Shown here one piece after another: positions 22,838 to 35,129 of a stretch of 64,000 nucleotides of DNA (the stretch's first letter is position 1; every line of letters begins with the position of its first letter). Position numbers and translations under genes: made by a program. The notes beneath the pieces were generated by a model. The model searched no databases. It was not told where the DNA came from and worked only from the letters and a program-made list of their open reading frames with translations. Location of the stretch: positions 22,816,001-22,880,000 of the forward strand of contig JBHGNT010000003.1 of assembly GCA_043228905.1 (NCBI GenBank), in the 5' to 3' direction. Source of the stretch: Azolla caroliniana. Its lineage: Eukaryota > Plantae > Polypodiophyta.

Positions 22838-25307
22838 TTTCTAAATCAAAGGTTATTGCTACAAAAATTTTAATCTTTTTTCTATTACTATATACCTTTG
22901 ATTTCCTCTGAAAAAGTGTTTCTACAATTTTTTTCTTTTTTGATCTATATGATTTTATTCCTGTGCAAAAGTTCTTTAGGGTTTTTACTTATTTGTTAAT
23001 ACCTGTGGCCTTCTCTACTTTTTTGTTTTTTCTGTAAAAGTATTTATGCAATTCCTACTTTTTGGGTAATACGTTATTGCCTCGATTCCTATACAGAAGT
23101 ATTTGGCAATTTTACTTTTATGGTATTTCAATTTTATGGCAATTTTACCTAAGCAGAATAGGTATTTCAATCATTGTCCTTAGTGTTTTGGTATACCGTA
23201 TGGTTGGTGGTATTTTTTTGTATATTTTTTACTTTCTGTTTGTATGAGTGGTTTGTGTGATTCCTTTTCTAATGGTTTTCACTTCTATTGGTACAGATTA
23301 GATGGATGAATGGATTCAAAATTTGTCTTTCCATTTACCAGTCAAAATAAAGATGGACGGTGATTTTTTCGAGATTTTACAAATGTTAATTTTGATTGAT
23401 CTGTGACCTACAAGTAGCCAATTCTGATTGTATATGAGTATGGCAAAGATTCTTTATTTATGTAACCCATACATGCCCTCTCGTTTAAATCTTTCTATTG
23501 TTGATAAATAAATAATGATCTAGTCATTTTTGTTGTCGATTTTGTTACTTGCAATGGAGTAGCAACATTTAAACTCAAGTGTCTCAAGGGACATGCTACA
23601 AATTGAGCAGTTACCTCGTTCCACTTTCATACATCTAAGAAAATAGACCCATGCTATGTGTTTGGCTGTTGTATGATACCATCAATAAGCGAAAATATTA
23701 AATAACAAAAACATAGGCACAGGATGAGGAAGTTACGTGCTCACTCATAATAGTCTATGCTCTTTTGGTTATCTGTAATATCCTTGCTTATGTGTGCTTT
23801 ATTCATGTTACGCGAAATTGTTCATGGTTTTTTGGAGTGGCATGATGAAGGCATGTTCTGTCATAAGTAAATTGAAAGGTGTTATATATACATGGATTAT
23901 GATTACTGGTTTTTGATCAAGGTAGTGTATAAGTAAATATTTGTATACCAAATGTACCAACTCTCATGAAGATGCATTCACCTGCATTTTGACCCCTATT
24001 TGCATATAGGTGTATTTGTGAGCACCATCTATTTTTTCGTCTCTAGAAGTTATTTGCTAGGAGTAAATGGACTAAATAGCACACTCCATGCCTACCTAGT
24101 TGGGATGCGTGATGCAAACTCCCTAAGAATTAGGTGATATAATTGTGACTACCAAATCATTATATCTTTCATGATGTCTTTTCACCTTCCTCTCCTTAAT
24201 TGTTTGTAACTAAAGCATAAAATCAAAAGAGCATAATAATCTAGCACAATGGTAGCTGTAAAGGTTAGATGCAAAGCTTTAAACTATAGATGAAATATTT
24301 AATGCGATCTAGCTTGGTTGTGAAGGGCCCAATCTTGCAAGTCTTATTAGATGAAATGAAGTGGCTATGATATAGAAGTGTATATATTGACCAAGGACAA
24401 CTTAGAAGCATTAGTATACCCTTACATTTCCACTAATCATGTGATTCTAAACATTTAAGTTCTTTTATGACATTTGTTTCACATAAAATAGTTCCCTATA
24501 TGAAAGACTTCTATATTTTGTACATAGTGTTGCACTCTCTTATGTATAGCCAATCCAATTTAACTATGAAGAGTTCCCATCAAAGCAGGGTGATTCTCAT
24601 GTTGAGATGATCGAATGCTTGAAAATTAGATTTAACATAGTCAGCAAGATTAAAGCACTCCAAACTGAATCCATACATAAGATGAACCTCAACTTGCACA
24701 CAAGTCTCATGCAAATGGTTTAAATGGTTAAAAAAGCAAAACACCTTTACATAACTTGATGACAAACAAAGGTGGGACACATCCAAAAATCGATCAATGG
24801 GTTATATGGCAAATGATAAAGATAAAGCAAGAGCGAGGTTATATCACCTTCAAAAGTTGGAACGTTGGTGAAATCATATGGCAGAAGATAATGATAAAGC
24901 AAGAGCCGGGTTATATTACCTATGACAAGAGAGTTGCATAGTTGGGCGTGACGGGTCAAAAGTGGTGGGAAATTGGGTATGATAATTGATTTTCGTCGGG
25001 GATAACGAATTGAGACAAATTATTGTAGCAAATGTACATCGATTGTGTGACCCCTTTTGATTGACGAGACTAGATAGATCATTCCCATGGGTTAAAGTGT
25101 TTAATGCATGCGCATGAATGACTAATAACTTTGGACAAACTATAGAGTATGAATGATGGAATGGTTCACCTTGAGCTTCCGGAAGATCATTTGTTTTCGG
25201 ACTCAAATTTCAATGGAAATCATATTTAGCAACCCACGTGACAGAGATCAGATATAAGACGTGGTCATTAGTCTCGCTAATCATGAAAATGCAGGTTCAA
25301 AATAGCT

Positions 25308-28300
25308 ATGGCACCTCAAATTCAGATCAAACACACCAAACTCTTCATCGATGGCGAATTTGTCGACTCCGTGTCAAGTAAAAACCCTCAAAAAACCATT
25401 GATCCATCAAATATAGTTTTGAGGGTTCTCGTATTGGGTCATCGTCATTTCTTGCATTTCTGCTTTTTCACTTTTATTGATTTATTATCTTATCTGATTC
25501 CTGTGTAGCTACATGAGGTTGATGCTGCTATGATAAATAACTTGAATATGTTTGAAGTAAAAATGAAAACTTTATGATACCTTAGACCCCTCAGACATTG
25601 CGGGGCTTGTATTGGGCCATCTTTACTTTCTGCTTCTTTTTTCTATGCCTTGACTTCCCTGTGTATTTTAAAACGGTAATGATGACCCAACAATATATTT
25701 TGAAGGTTTTCACGTTTTTTCTTCCATTTTTCCGTGTCTGATTGATTTGTTCATTACTTCATGGCAATGATGCAGAGAAGACATTCCAAACATTTGATCC
25801 AAGAACGGGGGAAGTGATCGCTGACGTGGCAGAAGCAGAAAAGGCTGATGTTGACGTGGCTGTAAAGGCTGCGAGGAAAGCCTTTGATGAAGGACCCTGG
25901 CCTCGTATGTCGGGTTATGTAAGCTTCCATCACGTTTCTTTAAATGCCCACATAATTATCCATATTATACATGTGAATGTAGATCGTAATATGTGTTCAT
26001 GTGCATGTGGATAATAATATGCACGTATGGATGCATGTACAGTAGAAGCCTACAAATCAATGACTCCATATCCATGTAAATGTTGGATAATTGCATGAGT
26101 AATTCCCGCAGGATTCAGAAACACTGATTTTCTATGACTATGGGAAGCATAGAGTGATTTTATGACTATGATTGATTGATGTATATATAATAGACATGCG
26201 TATACTACCCTCGAGTAGAGTTGCCCACAGTATTTAGAAATATTGATTTTATACGACTATCGGAAGAATGGAGTGATGCATGATGGATTGATGTATATAT
26301 AGACATGCATATACTAACGTCAACTGGAGTTACCCACAGCATTTTCTGTATGTCATACATGTGAATGTGGATCATAATCTTTTTCTCTAGGGCTGGATAG
26401 ATATATGTATGGTCGCGTGTCTGCTATCCATGACTAATTTCCCAGAATATTTTATCAGTATCATATATGCGAAAGTGCATCATAAATTTTTTTAGGGCTA
26501 TGTACGAATGAATGTATCTATGTAAGAGAGTACTCACAGAATGTGGATCATAAACTTCCTCTGAAAGGCTATGTATGAAATAGTGTGTATATATAATAGT
26601 ATCCACAGAATTTATTCCATATCTTACATGTGATCTGTGGATGATAGTATCATTTTGTGTCTATAGGGTTAAGTATCCATGTGTAAGAATGTGAATGTGG
26701 TTTTCTCACAGCATTTTGTTAAATATCATCGTTCATGTGAATGTGATTTCAAAACGACTGATGTGCATGTATACAAGAGTATGGATACATGCATACTAAA
26801 TATCGTTCATGTGAGTATGATTTCTCTAGGGCTGACGTGCATTTATATAAGAACATGCATACTTTATGTATGAATGTGGATCATAATAAGGATCTTGTTA
26901 TCTGTACTTTTGAAGTGCTTGTCTATGTACATTATCAAGTCCATATCACGCGTGGTTGTGGATCATGTAATACTTTTGTTCCATCATAGTATGAAAGTTA
27001 CAGAATCTTTTATGTCTCATTGATCTAGATCAGTAGCCTTTTAAGTATTAAGCATATTTGCATTGGGATTATTTGAGGTTATATCACTACTTTGTAGATA
27101 AGATTCATGTTCTGTACATATATTGCAAATTGAATTGCATATACAGCCACATCGACAATTGCCACAATCTACAACATTATTAAGTTGAGAAACAACAATT
27201 ACAACATTATGATTTTTTTTCAGGAAAGGGGAAGAGTCTTGCATATGTTTTCTGATTTGATGGAAGAACATTCAGAGGATCTTGCTTCTTTGGAAACTCT
27301 TGACAATGGAAAACCTCTTGATATGTCTAGACACATGGATTTGCCCTTTTCTATAAAGTTTGTTCGTAGTATTGCAGGTAAGGACAAAGTAGTGTCTGGA
27401 GTACTGTCAATTATTTCGAGCTGCTGAATATTCTAAATCTATATAAATCTTTATGCTTTTGAGAGTGCATATCTGTTGGTTGGTGAGGTCAGTCAATTAT
27501 TTTGAGCTGTTGAATATCCTACATTTGTATACATCTTAATGCTGTTGACAGTGCCAGTTTGTTGATGCTGGAACTAGTGTGGTGAGGTATGCATAAACTT
27601 TGAGCTGTTGCGTGTGAAGTATGTTGAAATACTTTGAGCTGCTAAGTATCCTCAATCTGTAGAAATCTTTGAGTGTATGTTCATTAGTCGATATTGGGCG
27701 CTATTCATTTGAGTGTATGGTCATTCATTGATATGCGTGTGAATTATGTACAAAGTTTTGAGTCACTAAACACCCTTAATCTGAAGAAATGTTTCTGCTT
27801 TGGGATATGAATTCATCTACATGCAACTAGTGTGTATATAAAGTTTTTGAGCTGCTGAATGCACTTCAAAATGTAGAAATATTTATGCTTCTTTATGCAA
27901 ATTTGTAGAAGCTGCCACTAGAGCCTGACGTTTTGAACTGATTTGGGTATATAAATCTGTAGAAATATTAATGCTTTGAAATACCAATCTATCAATGCCA
28001 CAACTAATGTGCGTTCACGACTTATGTTTGAAGTATAAAGTGTCTTAGGCTGCTGAATATCCTAAATTAAGTGTAGAAATCTTATGTGCTTTTATGAGTG
28101 TGAATTAAGAGTTTCTATGTAGGGTTTGGGCCTTTTCATTCTCCGAATGATAATTAGATTTATCATAACTGAAAGGTAGAAACCTTGAGTCTGTAAAAAT
28201 TTCTGTTCCTGCATAAATCCAATTTAGTCATTTAATGGGGTGTTTTTTGTTATGTGGTTGTGCACAAGGATGGGGAGATAAGATAACTGGGAGCACATTC

Positions 28301-31300
28301 AAAATGGATGGGCCTTACCATGCTATTTCGCTTTATGAACCTATTGGAGTTGCTGGTGCCATCATTCCTTGGAATTTCCCTATTTTCTTGTTTGTGGCAA
28401 AGGTAGCACCCGCTTTGGTGGCTGGATGCTCTGTTGTAGTAAAGCCTGCTGAGCAGACTCCTCTTACCGCTATTTACCTTGCTGCCCTTGCCAAAGAGGT
28501 AAATCAAGTAAAGATAGTCAATGTAGTTTTGGTTCAATTCTTATTTTCATTCTAATTGTTTTTGGGCACATTTCTTAGTTACCTCTTAGAGTTTATCATT
28601 TTTTATGTTTTTGGGTACACAGTACAATACATATGTACGTGTGCTCATTGACCATCATTGACCTTGTAATAGTTCGTGTTTCTTGTCCTTGGATAAGAAA
28701 AGGACCCATATACATGTATGTGTTAGTATCATAGGCTGGTTTCTGGGCTGTAAATAGACAGAAATATCTCTATATTCTTGATTCTTGTGTCAATACTTTA
28801 AATGGATATCGCAATATGAAATCCTTTGCCAAACTCCACGATAGAGAGGTTCAGTTTCCGGGAGGATTTATCCATCTGTAATGAGAATGACATTGATAAG
28901 AGTATAAACAGAAATGTCTCCAGCTTATATTTCAATGACGAGTGAAGCAATCGAGCTACCTACACCAGTCTAGTCTAACCTTTTGGCGGCTCTTTCCGAT
29001 GAACAGAGATATGAATAGAATTGATGTAATAATTCTGATTCTACTGAGATCCCAATCCTCAGAGTTATTTGTCCCAAGATGCCTTCTTGTCAATTGTGCA
29101 AATCTTGGCATACAGTTTGGTTCTAGAGCTATTTCCACCCTTTTGTATCATGGAGGACTTCAGTAAATATTTCAATCCTTTCATATGGACTTTTATTCTA
29201 GAATGATTTTCACTTGTACCAAGAGTCCAAAGTTTATATTGTAGATTATGTTTTTACTTTCTCATTCGTTGTTACCTAGTCTCTGGTATTTGAGAGGTCC
29301 CAAGTGAATATAGCTTCAACATTGGGAACTTTCCCTGTCACAATATTTTCTACTCAAATGAGCATTTAAAGATTAGAACCCTAACCTCGAAGAATATGAT
29401 TTTTTCATAATTTCTGTATTTTATATGTAGGCAGGCATTCCACCTGGAGTTCTGAATGTTCTTCCTGGTTTTGGAGAGACTGCAGGTGCAGCAATCTCTA
29501 ACCACATGAATGTTGATGCGGTAAGAACAATTTGACAGTTAGAAATAGTCTTTAATCACATGGGCATTGATATGTTGGTGAAAAGACAAATTCATGTATG
29601 ATATTTATATCGACTTTGATCATGGTAAATTTTAATCCTGTGCATTTAACTTCTATATAGGTGTCTTTCACGGGGTCAACCGAGGTTGGGAGGCTTGTCA
29701 TGGAAGCTTCTGCACAAAGCAACCTCAAACCTGTGACCCTTGAATTGGGTGGCAAGTCACCATTAATAATCTGTGATGATGCAGACATGGATCTAGCCAT
29801 AGAGCTCTCACACTCTGGTCTCTTCTTCAACATGGTTTGCATTCTAGCTATAATTTTGTGGTTACACATTTCAGCTGCTGTAAAAAAAGCCAACCCTTTA
29901 TTTTTTAATCCAGTGTGTGTAATTCTTCTCAAAACAATTATGGTGAGATATATCTGTAAATACTTCTTAGAAAACTTCTGGTGACACATGTGTTATGAAT
30001 TGCAGGGCCAATGTTGTGTTGCTAGCAGTAGAGTGTTTGTACAAGAGGGGATCTATGATAAGTTTGTGGAAAAAGCAGCTGAAAAAGCCAGAAATCGAGT
30101 CGTTGGAGATCCGTTCCAAAGCGGAGTGGAGCAGGGTCCGCAGGCAAGAAAGCTTTCCTTTCTGGGTATTTTGTATTTATTAGACATATACTGTTAAAAC
30201 TAGAGAGTTAAAACTAGAGATTCAGAGACGATAAATGCTTTTAGAAGTCAAATCAAGGTCCACAGGCAAGAAGCTTTTCTTTCTGGGTTATTTGGATTTA
30301 AATGGGATATGAAGACCAATGGTGCTTAGGACTACTCTCAGTAAAACCAAGAGACATAGAGAAGTTGAAGAATATAAATGTAATGGCTTATCAATAAAGA
30401 ACCATCCCAACTTCCTTGTTCCATCACTTCTTCTCATGTACAAATGAGTCAAGGTCTACATAAGTAGGGTATTGACTCAATGCCCAAAAGGGGATACCAT
30501 GGCTCGGACAATAGCAATGTGGTGCATGTAGGCCTCCTCATCAAGGTAGAGATCGACAGACAATAAATGCTTCATTTTAAAAATCATTAGCATGTGATTG
30601 GTCTTAAAATATAACTACAGACAATATTTGAGTCTAGATTATTAGCTTGTGGATGATCAAGGTAGAGATCGACAGACAATAAATGCTTCATTTTAAAAAT
30701 CATTAGCATGTGATTGGTCTTAAAATATAACTACAGACAATATTTGAGTTTAGATTATTAGCTTGTGGATGATCAAGGTAGAGATCGACAGACAATAAAT
30801 GCTTCATTTTAAAAATCATTAGCATGTGATTGGTCTTAAAATATAACTACAGACAATATTTGAGTCTAGATTATTAGCTTGTGGATGATCAAGGTAGAGA
30901 TCGACAGACAATAAATGCTTCATTTTAAAAATCATTAGCATGTGATTGGTCTTAAAATATAACTACAGACAATATTTGAGTTTAGATTATTAGCTTGTGG
31001 ATGATCAAGGTAGAGATCGACAGACAATAAATGCTTCATTTTAAAAATCATTAGCATGTGATTGGTCTTAAAATATAACTACAGACAATATTTGAGTCTA
31101 GATTATTAGCTTGTGGATGATGGGATTAATTCAACCCTGGGAAGCAAAATATTGAGGGACATTTGCATGTGGATTTTAACTTTGATATTAACAGAGTCAT
31201 AGTTAATATTCAACGCTAGTAGAAACCAATGGATAACCTTGAGTTAAGCTTCAATATTGATGATAAAGATGAATCTATTACCATGTAGATTTTAAGTACT

Positions 31301-32390
31301 TCCCCCTGATCAAAAGGTAATATCTGCACTCATTGAAACTTCGTCCATACATAGGTTGATAAAGCTCAGTTTGAGAAGATCCTTGGGTACATCGAAATCG
31401 GCAAGTCCGAAGGGGCAAAGATTCTAACTGGTGGAAAGAGAATTGGAAATCAAGGGTACTACATCGAGCCAACAGTCTTTGCTGATGTGAAGGTGATTAT
31501 TTTGAGTAATATATGACTTCTTGCACATGAAAGGAACAAAAAAATGATGTTTTTCAAAGTTGTACTGATTTTCTATTCAGGATGCAATGAAGATTGCTGT
31601 GGATGAGATATTCGGGCCAGTAATGTCAATTTTGAAGTTCAAGTATTTTGCTATATTTTCTTCATCTATACACAAGGGTCTGATTGTGTTTCTATATATA
31701 CACAAGGGTCTGATTGCGTTTCTATATATATACACAAGGGTCTGATTGCGTTTCTATATATACACAAGGGTCTGATTGCATGATTTCCATTCATGGAAAT
31801 CATGGGCAGGAGTACCATTTATAGAATATCATTTATTCTTCATTATTGAAATAGGGATTCCATTGCTACAAGGGAAACATATCATTTATTTTCCTTTCCC
31901 TTATGTATGAGGGGCTGATTGCCATTCATGGCAATGGGGTACCATTTATAGAATACCATTGATTCTTTGTCCTCGAGTAGGGGATAGCATTGCCATTGGG
32001 GAAAAAAACTTATTATTCTTTTCCTAATAAATGGGGTTTTGATTGCCTTTGACTACGAATCATGGTTTTGTTGAAAGATTTTGTTTTGAAAAGTGTAATG
32101 ACTATTTTATGTGTAGGACATTGGAAGAGGTTGTTAAGAGGGCAAATAACACCAGATACGGGTTGGCAGCAGGGGTGGTAACGAAAAACATTGATGTTGC
32201 AAATACGTTATCACGCTCAGTTCGGGCCGGAATTATCTGGATCAATTGCTATAATGTGATGGACATGATTTTGCCCTTCGGTGGATATAAGATGAGTGGG
32301 ATTGGCCGTGAACAAGGTCTGCACGCTATCCTCAACTTCATGCAACTGAAATCAGTTGTGACACCACTTCATGATTCCCCCTGGTTGTAA
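25308..32390 (+). CDS. ALDH2C: Cytosolic aldehyde dehydrogenase, family 2 (ALDH2C/REF1-like), 10 exons, ~490 aa
   Basis: Exons 25308-25377, 25776-25918, 27224-27377, 28269-28498, 29431-29520, 29661-29834, 30006-30143, 31355-31492, 31581-31642, 32117-32390; total 1473 nt; intron 7 is GC-AG. Motifs [31 protein letters not shown] (catalytic Glu), [13 protein letters not shown] (catalytic Cys), [15 protein letters not shown]; C-terminus HDSPWL. No N-terminal mitochondrial presequence. The 2C subfamily call is an inference. Confidence 0.93.
30541..31120. repeat. Near-perfect tandem repeat, 5 x 116 bp, in ALDH intron 7
   Basis: Units start at 30541, 30657, 30773, 30889 and 31005 (tcaaggtagagatcgacagacaataaatgc...ttagcttgtggatga). 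The only variant seen alternates gagtCtag/gagtTtag. Confidence 0.97.
31667..31779. repeat. Minisatellite, ~28-30 bp x4
   Basis: tatacacaagggtctgattg(c/t)gtttcta(ta)n repeated four times in ALDH intron 9. Confidence 0.9.
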
Positions 32391-32925
32391 TAAATATGCA
32401 CAAAAAACCTCAAGAATTGGTTTGTTTGGTTGGTAATGGTATAATACATATACATATACATAATATGTTTGCATAGAACATTTCCTAGAACTGTTTGGTC
32501 AGAATATAAGTATATACATGCTGCCCTAGCAAGGTACTCTTGATGACAGATAGCCTTTTGTAAATATTGGGTGATCATTATTATTACCCTAATATGCCAC
32601 TTGGCCTATTGAAAAAAGTAAGCATACCCTCTTAAGATAAATCATATTGGAATTTATACCCATAGTTCCAAATACATAACCAAAATAGATTATTTTCTTA
32701 CAAATTTACACTAGGATGGGTTAAAGATGTGAAAAGATTGTTTGTTGGAAATGCACATATTGTATTTGGATATGATAACCATTCAGTTAGAGTGCAACAT
32801 TCTAGAGGTCAAAATCCAAATCAAAGAAATTACATTGTTTCATGATGAAATTGTATCAAATCAAATTGAAACTATATATTTAGAAACAACAAAATCATCA
32901 ACAAAAATTTGATTTGGAAGTTTCT

Positions 32926-33774
32926 CTATTTCATACCAACATCATGTAAGGTCATTTGCTTGCTTTTAGTTATACGCTTAGAAACAATGGTAGAATTTGC
33001 TTCTTGAATAATCCGACGAGCACTTGATAAAGCTGATTTTACTTGTTTTGCTTTTTCAGAACTCAAATAAGTTGTTGTCATGATTGAATTGAGCATGAGT
33101 TCACTATCAACAATACGTTGCAATAGTTCAGGAATAATCACATCTTCTTCCTTTAAGCATCTATGCATGTCTTGCATCTCAACAAACTCGGAGTCTGAAT
33201 TGTTTTCATCATATGCATGTGGTTCATTGGTGTTGGAAGCTTGTGTTATAACTTCATCAATCTCTTCAAGGAGATTTTGATTAAGTTTTTTAGATTCATT
33301 TGAATCTGCATGTACACATTCTATTCCTCCTTCACCATATAAACTATCAGTATTTAAACATTGGCGATGACGAAATTTCCTAAACCAACCCCAAGTTGCC
33401 TTGAACTCATCATCAGAAATATTCATTTGTGTCGCCAATCGTCGAGCCTTGTCCATAATAACTAATGGAGGCAATGCAATTGACAGCCGACGAGATGCAT
33501 CAATCCAAGCATATAAGCGTTCCTCTAATTCAGGGTATTTTCCTTTTGATCCCCTAAAAGTTTTTTTTCTTGCATTTTGATCTTTGTGTTGAACACGTAA
33601 TCGTATCTCATCCTTCTTCTTGATCAAACTTCTAATAGCAGATTCACTTACACCGAATTGTCTACCTATGTTACGAAGAGAAGGGGATGATGGTTGTTCC
33701 ACTAACTCCAAAATTTGAAGCCTTTGTTCATCATTCAAACGAAGTCCAGCACCTCGTTTATGGGTTGAATTCAT
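32926..33774 (-). CDS. pogo/Tigger (CENP-B-type) transposase-derived protein: two N-terminal HTH DNA-binding domains, no DDE domain, 282 aa
   Basis: Uninterrupted ORF from ATG 33774. HTH1 RLNDEQRLQIL...SLRNIGRQFGVSESAIRSLIK; CENP-B/Tc5-type HTH2 KYPELEERLYAWI...KARRLA...EFKATWGWFRKFRHR..LYGEG; then an acidic region and C-terminal SKQMTLHD. There is no NxDETG or DxxxxH DDE core. Confidence 0.8.
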   Translation of the reverse strand: MNSTHKRGAGLRLNDEQRLQILELVEQPSSPSLRNIGRQFGVSESAIRSLIKKKDEIRLRVQHKDQNARKKTFRGSKGKYPELEERLYAWIDASRRLSIALPPLVIMDKARRLATQMNISDDEFKATWGWFRKFRHRQCLNTDSLYGEGGIECVHADSNESKKLNQNLLEEIDEVITQASNTNEPHAYDENNSDSEFVEMQDMHRCLKEEDVIIPELLQRIVDSELMLNSIMTTTYLSSEKAKQVKSALSSARRIIQEANSTIVSKRITKSKQMTLHDVGMK

Positions 33775-34307
33775 CTCTGTAGTATGCAATGCTAATTAGC
33801 TAAATTCACCTCAATATTTCGATCCCTACCAATCAAGTGTAGATGCACAAAAACCTTTTGAAGGTTTTAACTCTTTGACAAATGCATACGAGCTTATTTG
33901 AGTCACAAATCGCTTAAAATTTATAAATGAATGAATTGGGTCTTCTCCAATTAAGTTGGAGAATTATCCATCAAGGAGGCACACATGTTAGGATGTGGAT
34001 ACATTCTTGACCTAATTTTGTGGAAACTTTTCTTTGGAGAAAGATATGTATTCAACAAAACTGATGGTGTGAACCACAAAATGAATTGAACTAAGAATCT
34101 TCCAATGCTACCATTAAATAGGTTGGGTATGAGTCTATGAAGAGAAAGCTACTAATCTATTAATAGCTTATTATGTGGACTTACATGAAGGGAAAGCTAT
34201 TAATTGATTAATCGATTAATAGCTTATTATGTGGACATATGTACATGAATGGAAAGCCTTTAATCAATTTTGTGGATTCAAATCGCTACTTTCATATTAT
34301 TTTTTTA

Positions 34308-34640
34308 CCCTATTTCAGCTAAATATGTGGATCATTTCTCCAAAACCACATGCCATATCAATCACAGCCAAATATGTGGATATCAAACTAACAACATCGC
34401 GCACAATCTCCAAACAAGTAACATATTGCCATCTAAATTATGCACAGTATCAGAACCTCCCTTCTCTTTTTTCTTACCCTATTTCAGCCAAATATGTGGA
34501 TAATTTCTCCTAAACCACATGCCATATTAACCACAGCCAAATATGTGGATATCAAACTAATGACATCGACAATCTCCAAACAATTAACACAATTGCCATC
34601 TAAATTATGCACAGAAACAGAACCTCCCTTCTCTTCTCTC
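34308..34640. repeat. Tandem duplication, ~170 bp x2, with internal aaatatgtgga motifs
   Basis: ccctatttcagc.aaatatgtggat...aaaccacatgccatat...cacagccaaatatgtggatatcaaactaa...ttgccatctaaattatgcacag...cagaacctcccttctctt occurs twice. Confidence 0.85.
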
Positions 34641-34649
34641 GTATTCATT

Positions 34650-34782
34650 GATAGGTCATAATACACCAAAAAACAGAGATAGAAAATAGGTCATAATAGA
34701 CACCATTGATAGGTCATAATACACCAAAAAACAGAGATAGAAAATAGGTCATAATGGACACCAAAAAAACAGAGATAGAAAA
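34650..34782. repeat. Short tandem repeats (ataggtcataat...acacc...aaacagagatagaaaa)
   Basis: ataggtcataat occurs four times and acagagatagaaaa three times. Confidence 0.8.
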
Positions 34783-34795
34783 GAAAAATGCATAC

Positions 34796-34935
34796 CTGGA
34801 GACAAAATTTAGGAGCACGCGGATTGGAGTAGCGTTAGAAGCAGCAACGTGGTGAGCGACGTGGATTACAGGAGAACGGAGGGTCTGAGCGATGGCTGTT
34901 GGGGCTGCTCTTTCTTCTGAGAAAGAGAAGAGGAA
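34796..34935 (-). other. Putative non-coding 5' exon of the pogo-derived gene (leader intron 33777-34795)
   Basis: On the - strand, an ATG-free C/T-rich segment ends in CTCCAG|GTATGC (donor 34795). An acceptor CTAAT...CTACAG|AGATG lies 2 nt before the ORF start. The 5' end is approximate. Confidence 0.6.
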
Positions 34936-35129
34936 AAAAAAAAAAAAAAAATTTGACTCAAAAAGCCCTAAGTGCGCACTTTTCCATTCCTATCAAAGTG
35001 CGCACTTAACCGAATGGTTACTGATATATATATACATAATACATATATTAATGTCTCTTTTGCACGAGTTTTCTGTTAATATGTATCTCTTTTACAGGTT
35101 ATCTTTTGACGTGGTGAGGTTTTAAGATG

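Noticed and set aside
30541-31120. Regular repeat array considered as CRISPR-like
   Set aside because: Units are contiguous with no unique spacers, there are no cas genes, and the context is a eukaryotic intron.
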